A stretch of 52,740 bases of DNA from a virus (taxonomy: Duplodnaviria > Caudoviricetes). Below the pieces are notes generated by a model, which searched no databases, was not told the origin of the DNA, and worked only from the letters and a program-made list of their open reading frames with translations. Shown one piece after another: positions 8,501 to 17,000 of this stretch. Position numbers and translations under genes: made by a program. The stretch is from IMG/VR virus record IMGVR_UViG_3300025127_000054, positions 1-52,740 of that record; one strand, 5' to 3'. How positions within the stretch are numbered: position 1 is the stretch's first letter; every line of letters starts with the position of its first letter.

Positions 8501-11500
8501 GTTTAATATCTTTAGCTTCAGTTGTAGCTGCTACAAGATTACCAGTAAGATTTCCTATTACATTACCTGTAGTAGTACCAATAGAGGCAGCATCAGCATG
8601 GATATTTGCCCATTTTAAGGAACTAGAACCTAAATCGTATGTTGAATTTATAGCAGGATCTATATCTTTAGCTTGAGTGGTAGCTGCTACAAGATTACCT
8701 GTTACATTACCAATTAAATTACCTGTGGTAGTAGTAATGGTAGCAGCATCAGCATGGATATTTGCCCATTTTGCAGAACTAGAACCTAAATCATATGTTG
8801 AATTTGTTTCAGGTTTAATATCTTTAGCTAAAGTGGTAGATTTTATAAGATTACCTGAGAAAGAAGTAGCAGTAATTACGTTAGAAGCAAAATTACCAGA
8901 TGCATCACGTAAGACTAAGTTGTTTGCAGCGTTTGTACTTGCAGATGCTACGTTGATTGTAGTATTACCAGATACACCATCAGCATTTGTTAGTGTAATA
9001 CCAGAAGATGCTGTGACTTGGAACGTACGATGAGCATAACTATTCGCACCATCTCTGACCATATATCCTGTACCAGTCTGTGCAGCAAGTGCAGTTATAT
9101 CTGCATCATTAAATGTAACTGTAAGTGTTGGATCAGAAGCACCATTGATTGATACTGAACCATCTACTACACCATCAATAGTAAGTGTTCTTGCAGTCTT
9201 CCATGCATCAGCAGTTGATGCGTTTCCTAAGAATCCTGCAGCAGCACCAGTTCCAGTTGCAGCAGTGATTTGTCCTGCAGAGAAATTACCAGATGATCTA
9301 GTTACAACACTATTACCAGTTGTGTCTGTAGCACTTGTAGTTAATCCATCAAGGAAATCTGCGTTAAGATTATTGACTTTAGTTGAAGATGCAACTACGA
9401 ATGGTGCAACACCCTGAGCAAGTTGAGAAATTATCTGACCATCAACTGTTGCTGTACCATCAACATTTAAGTTATTATCAATATCAACAGATGTACCTGC
9501 ACCAGTGACATTTAAAGAACCAATTCTTAATGCAGCATCAGTTCCTGAGAAAACTTCACTACTATTAGTAGCAGTAGTTAAGAAAGTAAATTCTTGAGTT
9601 GATCTATCAAATCCAAAGAAACCAAGTTTAGCAGATCCATCAAAATATCTAAATTCAATACCCCTATCTTTACCATCGTTTGATGCAGGAGCAGTATCAC
9701 CACCTAGAGTAAATACAGGATCATCTATAGTGACCGTTGTTGAGTTAACTGTAGAAGTTGTACCATTAACTGTAAGATTACCTGTGACAATTAAGTTAGA
9801 CTGGGCATTAACATCTCCAGCTACAGTTAAATCACCTTGTGATACTGTATTACCATTGTCGGTATCTATCGTAAACTTATCAACAGCACCAGCTGTTTGT
9901 ACTTTGAAGAACTTATTATCTGCCTTAACAATTAATTGGTTCTCAACGATTGTTGAACCTGATATATTTGCACTACTATTAAGATCAAGAGCACCTGATA
10001 ATTCAGTTCCACCATAAACCCTAAGCCCGCCACCAACTGCTAAGTTTTTACCAATACCTGCACCACCAGTAAGTCTTACAGCACCATCAGCAGCATATGT
10101 TCCTGTAAGAGTTTGTTCTGTATTATTTGTAAATGTATTGACACCAGATGTTTGGAATGTATCGTTAATCTGAGTTCCATCATTAACAGTTAAGGTACCG
10201 ATAATAGTTGTATTACCGTTATCAGTATCAACTTGAAACTTAGTTGTCTGGGCAGCATTTCTAACTTCAAAAATTTCGTTATCACCTGCAACAAGTAAAG
10301 AATCGTTGATAGATGTTTGACCTGCAACAGTTAAAGAACCAGATATATTAGTTGATCCATCAGCTGATGAAACAGTAAATTTATTAGTTGTACCTGTTCT
10401 AACTGCAAAGTTTGCATCTACATTCATTGCACTGTTAAATTCAGATGCACCTGTGACAGTTAATTGTCCACCAATAGTTGTATTACTATCGACATTAAGT
10501 GTTGAATTTAATTCAGTATGACCATCAGCAGTCAGCGTACCTTCAATATTAGTATTACCAGTTACGTTATCGACAAAGAACTTATCAGTCGTTCCGTTTC
10601 TAACTGCGAAATCAGCATCAATATCAGTAACACCATTAATATTAACTGTACCTTCAATTACTGTATTACCATTATCTGTATCTACTGTAAACTTATCAAC
10701 TGCAGATCCATTTTGAATCTTAAAGTTTTCATTTGATGCATTGATAGTGACAGAATCTTGAATAGTTGTATTACCTTCGACATTCAAAGTACCTTGAATA
10801 TCTGTATCACCAGTTGCACCAATAACACTAAACTTCTCTGTATCACCACTGTTTAATTTACCAACTGAGAACTTCTCTCCTGACGCTGTAGCACCAACGT
10901 ACAAGGATTTCATAATACCTGCACCACCATGTGCTTTTATAGTGGAGAAGTTATGAGAAGCATAAGAAGGAGATGCTTGATAAGTGTCACCAAAACGACC
11001 TCTGTATCTAACTCTCAACCAGTTCAATCTAGATTCAGTTTCTGTTGCACTATCCTTAACTTCAATAGGACCATTAACATGCAACGTACCATCAATCAGA
11101 CCAGATCCTGCTACATAGAAACCACCATCAAGTCTAAGTGCACCATAATCACTTGATTGAATCTCCCAAGCACCAGTAGTTCCGTTCTTGGCAGTAGTAA
11201 TATCGTTTGTGCTTTCTAAATGAATATCACCTGATATAGCAGCATCAGCGTTAGCATCTATATTACCAGTGACTGTGAGGATACCACCTACATCAACATT
11301 ACCTGTAGTGGTATGAAGTGTAGTTTTAGTAGTTCCTGATCCGTTTTTAAGTTCTAAGGTCTTAGAAGCACCTTGGAATACAATATTATCATCAAATCTA
11401 CTTGTAGAATTAGCACGGAATGTACCATCTACATCTAATAATCCACCAATATTAACATCATCTCCAATACCTGCACCACCTGCAACCACCAAATCTCCAG

Positions 11501-13490
11501 TAGTATTAGATGTTGAGTTTGTATTTGTTGTAAGTTTTAAGTTACCTGCAGTTATACCTGACGCTGTTCCACTAAAGACCTCTGAAGTATTTGTGGCGTT
11601 GTGTAAAAATGTGAATCCTCCGACGTGTCCTCCGAGGTCGGTGTATGAGTCATCATATCCAAAGAAACCAACTCTTGCTTGATTATCGTAATATCTGAAC
11701 TCAACACCACGATCTTTATTGTCATCACTAGCAGGAGCAGTATCGCCACCAAGAGTAATGATGGGATCATCCACTGTTGTAACTGTTGAATTAACTGTCG
11801 TCGTCGTACCATCTACTTGTAAATCTCCGTGAACTCGTACTAATCCAGTGATTGCTCTATCATCACCTGGATCAAGATGCATTGTAGCATTTGAAGTTGC
11901 AATATAGTTGTCTTGGAATCTTGCATCTTCAACATGAACTTTACCAGTAGCAGCAGATGCATCGATGTCAACAACATCTTCTGCAGTAAGAGTTAATGTA
12001 CTTGTGCCAGATCCTGCGTTAGTAGAAGCAATAGTAAAGTTTCTAGCAGAAGAACTATTCTGTGAAAGTTCAATATTAAGAATACCATCACCAGATTTAA
12101 CAATCTGTTGTGCTGTAGCACCATCAAGAATGAAATCAGGATCACTGAATAAAGTCTTTACATTAATATCTACTTCACCGTTGCCACTATCACCTGTGTT
12201 ATTAGCAGCAAATAATAAACCACCTGAGGTATTCTTTACATTTACATAATTTATTCCAGTAAATCCTCTGTATCCTGTTGTTGTGGTGAGTTCTTGATCT
12301 AATTCAAAATGCTCAACAGAATTACCATCAGCAAAAGATACTCTATTGTTTTGTAATTGTGTATTGTCTATACCTGCAGCAGCAACAGTTACATGACCAC
12401 CTGCAGTTACGTCAAAGTCTTCTTGGGCAAAGGATGCCAATCCTTTCTGTTCTGTGCTTTCGGCAGCGAGATATCTCCACCCGCCAGTGTCACCGCTACT
12501 ATGAGTAGGAGCACCTGCACCTGCAGAAATAGATTGTAATGCTTGATAAACTTTTGAAGCATTCTTAATAATATCATACCTAACGTATGAAGTCGCTGCA
12601 TTATAATCTAGGGCAGTTGTACCTTCTACAGCTGTAGCGATAGGTACATTAGTTGCAGATGTTAATCTACCACGGTCATCTACAGTGAACTTAGTAGCAT
12701 TAACTGTCTGTGTACCAAAGGGTTCTGAACTAGAACCAACAGCATTTACAGATGTCAGGGATTCCGTATTATAGTTACCTGGTACTACAGCAGTTGCAAC
12801 AATATCTATTGTTGGGTTTCCAGAAACACCATTACCATTAACTATAGAAATTCTTGTAGCAGTACCAGTAATAGTTCTGGTTGCCATATTTCCACCACTG
12901 GTTCTTGATATAATACCAGTAGTAGTAAGTCCTGATATTGCAACCAAGTCAAGGTCATATGGTTGAGCAGAAGAACCTTCTACAGTTCCGTTTAAATTAT
13001 AATCAGCAAGTGTTGATGGGAAAGAAGCGTTTGTTATTCTACCTTTTGCATCTACTACAACTTTTGTGTATGTACCAGATGAATTACCAGTACCATCATA
13101 ATGAGGTAGTGTTGGTAGAAGTTCTAATGAAGCAACAAGGTTTAAGTTTGTAGATCCGTCAAAGTTTCCTGTAGCAGTAACGTCTGAGGAAAGTTGAATC
13201 TGTCTAGTTGAAGCAAGTCTAGCAGCAGTTGATGAATTACCAATTATAGTCGCAGTTATAGTACCTGCAGCAAAATTACCATCTGCATCTCTTTGTACAA
13301 GAGTATTTGCAGTGTTTGAAGTTGATTCTACTGGGCGTTCATATCTCAGAGTGTTCCATGCAGATACACCATCACCGATTTTAAATCGACCTGTATCTAA
13401 CTCAATACCCAATTCACCTTGAGCAAGAGTAGGGTTTGCGTTTGCCCATTCCTGAGCACCACCCCTTCTTAATTGTAATCTATTTGCCAT
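5517..13490 (-). CDS. Long tail fibre / receptor-binding protein (2657 aa) with an Mtd_N-like N-terminus and several repeat classes
   Basis: N-terminal QLRRG...W..ANPTLAQGELGIELDTGRFKIGDG..AWNTL (major-tropism-determinant N-terminal-like); G/T/A/N-rich shaft repeats; lies just upstream of gp13 with its own late promoter. Confidence 0.9.
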   Translation of the reverse strand: MANRLQLRRGGAQEWANANPTLAQGELGIELDTGRFKIGDGVSAWNTLRYERPVESTSNTANTLVQRDADGNFAAGTITATIIGNSSTAARLASTRQIQLSSDVTATGNFDGSTNLNLVASLELLPTLPHYDGTGNSSGTYTKVVVDAKGRITNASFPSTLADYNLNGTVEGSSAQPYDLDLVAISGLTTTGIISRTSGGNMATRTITGTATRISIVNGNGVSGNPTIDIVATAVVPGNYNTESLTSVNAVGSSSEPFGTQTVNATKFTVDDRGRLTSATNVPIATAVEGTTALDYNAATSYVRYDIIKNASKVYQALQSISAGAGAPTHSSGDTGGWRYLAAESTEQKGLASFAQEDFDVTAGGHVTVAAAGIDNTQLQNNRVSFADGNSVEHFELDQELTTTTGYRGFTGINYVNVKNTSGGLLFAANNTGDSGNGEVDINVKTLFSDPDFILDGATAQQIVKSGDGILNIELSQNSSSARNFTIASTNAGSGTSTLTLTAEDVVDIDASAATGKVHVEDARFQDNYIATSNATMHLDPGDDRAITGLVRVHGDLQVDGTTTTVNSTVTTVDDPIITLGGDTAPASDDNKDRGVEFRYYDNQARVGFFGYDDSYTDLGGHVGGFTFLHNATNTSEVFSGTASGITAGNLKLTTNTNSTSNTTGDLVVAGGAGIGDDVNIGGLLDVDGTFRANSTSRFDDNIVFQGASKTLELKNGSGTTKTTLHTTTGNVDVGGILTVTGNIDANADAAISGDIHLESTNDITTAKNGTTGAWEIQSSDYGALRLDGGFYVAGSGLIDGTLHVNGPIEVKDSATETESRLNWLRVRYRGRFGDTYQASPSYASHNFSTIKAHGGAGIMKSLYVGATASGEKFSVGKLNSGDTEKFSVIGATGDTDIQGTLNVEGNTTIQDSVTINASNENFKIQNGSAVDKFTVDTDNGNTVIEGTVNINGVTDIDADFAVRNGTTDKFFVDNVTGNTNIEGTLTADGHTELNSTLNVDSNTTIGGQLTVTGASEFNSAMNVDANFAVRTGTTNKFTVSSADGSTNISGSLTVAGQTSINDSLLVAGDNEIFEVRNAAQTTKFQVDTDNGNTTIIGTLTVNDGTQINDTFQTSGVNTFTNNTEQTLTGTYAADGAVRLTGGAGIGKNLAVGGGLRVYGGTELSGALDLNSSANISGSTIVENQLIVKADNKFFKVQTAGAVDKFTIDTDNGNTVSQGDLTVAGDVNAQSNLIVTGNLTVNGTTSTVNSTTVTIDDPVFTLGGDTAPASNDGKDRGIEFRYFDGSAKLGFFGFDRSTQEFTFLTTATNSSEVFSGTDAALRIGSLNVTGAGTSVDIDNNLNVDGTATVDGQIISQLAQGVAPFVVASSTKVNNLNADFLDGLTTSATDTTGNSVVTRSSGNFSAGQITAATGTGAAAGFLGNASTADAWKTARTLTIDGVVDGSVSINGASDPTLTVTFNDADITALAAQTGTGYMVRDGANSYAHRTFQVTASSGITLTNADGVSGNTTINVASASTNAANNLVLRDASGNFASNVITATSFSGNLIKSTTLAKDIKPETNSTYDLGSSSAKWANIHADAATITTTTGNLIGNVTGNLVAATTQAKDIDPAINSTYDLGSSSLKWANIHADAASIGTTTGNVIGNLTGNLVAATTEAKDIKPALNSSYDLGSSTLKWANIHADAAAIATTTGNLVGNVTGNLVATTTESKNIVPTLNSSYDLGSSTKQWANIHADAGNIDAITGNLTGNVTGNLVAATTLAKDIKPDTNSTYDLGSSTLKWQNIYADAAAIATTTGNVVGNLTGNLLAATTEAKDIKPALNSTYDLGSSSLKWQDIFADAASIGTVTGNVVGNLTGNLEAATTQAKDIDPALNSTYDLGSSTLKWQNIFADAASIGTTTGNLVGNVTGNLVANTTESANIIPDTNGVYSLGSSTKKYMNVFADAAAITTITGNLTGTATQAANINNHDTDALSEGLNNLYTTAARTRGHFTYGTGIEHDGAGGLAVTQSDINTDNLTEGSTNVFFTDTRADARVAAATGANLDLSQKTTTNLAEGTNLYHTEARVQTKLDHAFEQLKAMLNNLATSTTLKLNLSGDPTPGSVVTLGSISSNGVGGYTAGTNVATTASALGTGLTVDTTVNADGAITAIALNQAGTDYVIGETITIPNSNLGGVDTLNLGTLSGGVGGFSAGTGVATTNSGSGDDALTVNTTVDGNGAITNVVINAVGTGYAAGDTITITNPNAGGAATVDTLVGGTGYANGTAIATTTVGSGSGLTLNLTTSNGVVTGVAINGAGSGYAVDDTITIVNANASGVKTLGSIATAGTGYATGTAIATTNDGSGSNFTVDISSVDASGAITAVAINDDGSGYTASDTITIVNANSGGVKTLGSFSDPGTGYANGTAIATTSSGSGTGLTLDITTSNGVITDATINNDGSGYAASEVITIVNANASGIKTVGNFGATDSSRTPGTYTLGTSDYATQASGANATFTVVIGVGGTVDSITVTDDGSGFIVNETVTVADAQLGGGGGADLTFDVTAIHGNGAQIPVSAIHGNGCTIPVSEIHGNGATIDIATIFTNATVNVATVFTNATFSLSDITTMEIGATLTGTTSNSSGVITAMDSSSVTVDNVSGFFKKGETVGANDVTNLTISSFG
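5690..7185 (-). repeat. Six nested ~70-85-aa beta-domain repeats (five openers, one complete core, five stacked closers) at the fibre tip
   Basis: Units of the form GTGYANGTAIATT...G.GY...TITIVNAN; closers HGNGxxIxxxxI x3 and FTNATxxxxxx x2. The identical 15-mer TCCATTTCCATGAAT occurs at 5781, 5817 and 5853. Confidence 0.85.
7618..8856 (-). repeat. Eight tandem 156-nt (52-aa) coding repeats
   Basis: GAACCTA anchor at 7690, 7846, 8002, 8158, 8314, 8470, 8626, 8782 (period exactly 156). Consensus AKDIKPALNSTYDLGSSTLKW(A/Q)NI(H/F)ADAAxIxTTTGN(L/V)VGN(V/L)TGNLVAATT. Confidence 0.95.
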
Positions 13491-13527
13491 TTTTAATTAG
13501 GACTTTAACTATAACATGCTTCCAAGT

Positions 13528-13535
13528 TATTTATG
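13528..13535 (-). promoter_or_regulatory. T4-type late promoter (CATAAATA) for the tail fibre and neck genes
   Basis: Intergenic ATAAATA core about 38 nt upstream of the fibre ATG. Confidence 0.8.
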
Positions 13536-13538
13536 CTC

Positions 13539-13565
13539 AAAAAAGAAGGGAACTTATGTTCCCTC
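13539..13565 (-). terminator. Intrinsic (rho-independent) terminator
   Basis: Minus strand AGGGAAC-ATAA-GTTCCCT followed by TCTTTTTT; the loop contains the TAA stop of the 76-aa ORF. Confidence 0.8.
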
Positions 13566-13784
13566 AGTTTCTGTTTCAGTTTCTACTGGAGGCTCTTCAT
13601 CCACTACTGGTGGATTGTAATACTCCAATGCTTCTAAAGCACCTTGAAGCTTTAATGCTGTTGCCTCATTCTCTCGAATTTTGTTGGCAAGTTGTTTGTT
13701 TTCCTCTATGCATTTTGCATATCGTTCCTTAAATTGACGCATCATTTCAACTTGAGAAACCTTTTCCAATGTACTATCGGTCAT
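13554..13784 (-). CDS. Small coiled-coil hypothetical protein (76 aa) with acidic tail
   Basis: ORF track; heptad-like QLANKIRENEATALKLQGALEALEY; starts 2 nt after the upstream gene. Confidence 0.85.
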   Translation of the reverse strand: MTDSTLEKVSQVEMMRQFKERYAKCIEENKQLANKIRENEATALKLQGALEALEYYNPPVVDEEPPVETETETEGT

Positions 13785-13786
13785 AA

Positions 13787-14008
13787 TTAATTGTTAGCTA
13801 ACTTTAGTAGTAGAGATTTGATCTCACTCATATCAGATTTTAGCAGAGAAACATCATTTTGTAAAGTCTCAAATTGTTGTTTCTTAACTTGTTCAGCCTT
13901 ACGAGCAGCCATATACTTTTTATAAGTATCTTGATCTGCACATGAAAGAGATCCAGTTGATGAATCTCTAAACCATCTTTCGGCATCTTGTACGGGAATT
14001 TGGCTCAT
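13787..14008 (-). CDS. Small coiled-coil hypothetical protein (73 aa)
   Basis: ORF track; RD..TG...Y..Y...LKSDMSEIKSLL pattern, which I recall following the VrlC-like gene in T4-like marine phages; ATGA overlap. Confidence 0.85.
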   Translation of the reverse strand: MSQIPVQDAERWFRDSSTGSLSCADQDTYKKYMAARKAEQVKKQQFETLQNDVSLLKSDMSEIKSLLLKLANN

Positions 14009-17000
14009 ACTGCAAGTGCTATTGCTCTAAAGTCTTTGATGATAGGTGAGTATGCCTGATTAGGTGATACGAATATAACTTTAATTTGATACTGGTCAAA
14101 ACTTAGTCCAGATACCTCATATTCATATTCATAAAATACTTCTCTTTCCGACGTTGCAGGTATTTTAGCACCTGTTGTTGGGAAAAATTCATAACCTAAT
14201 TGTTGTATTGGATCTGTTGATCCAACTGGACGTACTCTATATAGCACCTTAATCTCACTGCCTGTTGGACGGTATCCACTGAAGTATATTTTAATAGATC
14301 CAGAGGCATTTACAAGGTTTGCAACACGAGTAATATACACAGCATCATGTTCATCACCAACAGATAGTTTAGCAGTATTACTATTGGTTGGTTTATTGAT
14401 TCTATTTGATACACATGTAATTGACATTCTATCAGTATCAATGACTGGTGATAGAGTTGTCACTCCACTGGTCATTGTAAGATCCATTCTGAATGACTTA
14501 GCACCACTAAGTTCAGATGATTCATTGATACCTGAGCATATTAGAGAAGGTGCCAATAAAGGATTATCTTCACTTAATATTATATCGCTGAATACACCAT
14601 CATTAGAGAATGATGATTCTAGAACTTGATTACCATCATTGATTGATGTACCACTGATAGTATTAATTCTTGCAGCAAGACCAGTTTTAGGAAGTAACAT
14701 TCTTTCAATCTGAGGTACTAAGATCTCATATTGAATATTTTGTGTTGCGACTGTATTAATTCCACCACCCACAATACCAAGTCTAGCAATAGAACTGGTT
14801 GTGATTTCATAACTGTCAAGAGTTGGATTCATAATACCAGTATGTGTCTTGTTGATTTCTGTTAAAGGAATACCATCAAGGTTATAACATTCAATAACTG
14901 TTTCGTCAGCATGAGATCTTCCAGTTGTACCGTTTAATCCCCTCTCATGAACAGTTATTGTTTTACCATCAGTACTGATTGCACTGTAGGATACAATTTC
15001 AGCAAATGTAGCAGCAAGACCTTGAGTAGAATTCCAAATTCTAGCATAGCCAGGATTACTTGCACTTATTGCTGCACCATTAATAATCTTATGGAATGCA
15101 GTTGCATCATTAACAGAGACCGATGTATCACTAGCAGATATAGATGCAGTCAAGTAAGTTGGTGATACTTCTGATTCTACATTTTCTACAGTAACATTAT
15201 TCAACGGATCATGCATACCATGATTACTATGGAATATTTTTACTTTTCTTTGAGTTGTAGCATATGTTGGTGTTGCATCAGGGAAAGCAGGTTGTATAGC
15301 ACCACTTGATACTGCGTCTCCTGCAGGAACAAAGTTAGTTCCTGAACTAGGAAGTGTTGTTTGCTGACTTGCAGTACCACCACCTGCACCATCTCCTGTA
15401 ATAGTCTCACTATTTGAGAATGCTTTAGAAGCATAGTTTATAGCAAGAGTTGTGCTGTTTGTGACAGCAGTGATAGTAGCAGTAGCACCTGATGTGCCTC
15501 CTGTAATTACGTCTCCGATTGCATAACCAGATGTAGCAGCAACAGTTAATGTAGCAGTTGTTTTAGATGAAACAATGCCATTTGTAGTAGAAGAACCTTG
15601 TACGAATGTTCCTGTAATATCTTTGATAGTTAACTGTACACCCTGTGTAGTATCGACAAACGAAGCAATTGTACCTTGTGCTAATGATGTCTTCTGATAG
15701 ATACGAGCACCTATTGTATAAGGAGTAGTTGCAATCTGTGAGTTCATATTCAATACAATTTCTGGTACGAATGTTTGAATAGGATCTCTTCTTAATAAGA
15801 GTTTACCACCATTACCTTCTTCAAGTGAAATGTTATTTAAAACTAATTTACTACTTGCAGTATTGTTAAAGTCTGCTCTATAGATTGCAAATTTAAGATC
15901 TTCATACTGGTCTGCAGTCCATGTAGATGCGTTCTGTGATTTGAATAGAACACCTGCATATGGTTGCTCAGATATAGTTCTGTCACCAGTAATATCAATT
16001 TCACCCATTCTTGATATCCAAATCTTATATGAGTTAGAGTCAGATAAAAGAACGAAACAATGTTCAATTGACTGTGGGATGTAAACTGGTGCTCTAAATG
16101 TAAATTTAGTTGCAACAGCACCTGTCTCAGATATCTGAATATCTGCAGGTTCTTTAGTGACATCAGAGAATGGTAGAATACTTGTTGTTGGATATCCATT
16201 TTCCATTGTTCTAATTTGCATAGAAACAGGAATGTTTGTATCCTTAGTATTAAAGTAAACATCTACAGATGTTATGAATACTCCACCAGTTTCATCACTA
16301 ATGAATGACTGTGCAAGAGGGTCATACCAACCGATTTGTCTTGTCTCAGTTCTAGTAGAACGAACTGTTCTATCTTGAGTAACTGTATCACGAACAACTT
16401 CAGCGTTTCTAACAGCAAGAACATTTTCACGGACTCTATTAAGAGTTCCTTTTGCTTCGTATTCTACTTCAGCAGATGAATCTACTGCTCCTGCTAATCT
16501 TGAATCTTCTTGAGAAGTGGTCAATCTCATTGTTCTTGTACCAGTTCTCCATCTTGGATTACCAGGTACATTTGTTGGAGGAATAAAGAATGAACCTCTT
16601 AACTTACCAAAACGGTCAGATACTAATCTACGATCTTTAATAACTGCTTTAGCACCAGATGTTCCGATAATAACTTCACCAACTTGGAAATTACCAAAGA
16701 ATTGTCCAGTTGCTTGGTTTGCACTTGCTGCTAAATCTATGTTTAGAATTGCAGTTGTAGATGCATAAGATGAAGGTAATACACTATCATCATATGGATT
16801 GTATGCAAATGTTGCATTAGGTGTTGCTACTCTGAATCTAGCACCAGATGTTTGACCTATAACTGTCTCACCAATAACAAAAGGTGTTGAGTTTGTACGA
16901 TTATCTGTTGATGGATCTTTAATAAGTTCAACGACTTTAGGAGTAATGTATTCATCAATTGATCTTCCATCGAAGAAAGCATATACTCTTGTTCTTGGTT

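Noticed and set aside
7618-8856. Regular repeat array resembling a CRISPR
   Set aside because: Whole 156-nt units repeat in frame inside a CDS, with no unique spacers and no cas genes.
13330-13490. Mtd_N-like fibre N-terminus suggesting a diversity-generating retroelement
   Set aside because: No reverse transcriptase, no non-coding template repeat and no adenine-specific mismatch pair were seen in the window; this N-terminal domain is a common anchor on non-DGR fibres.
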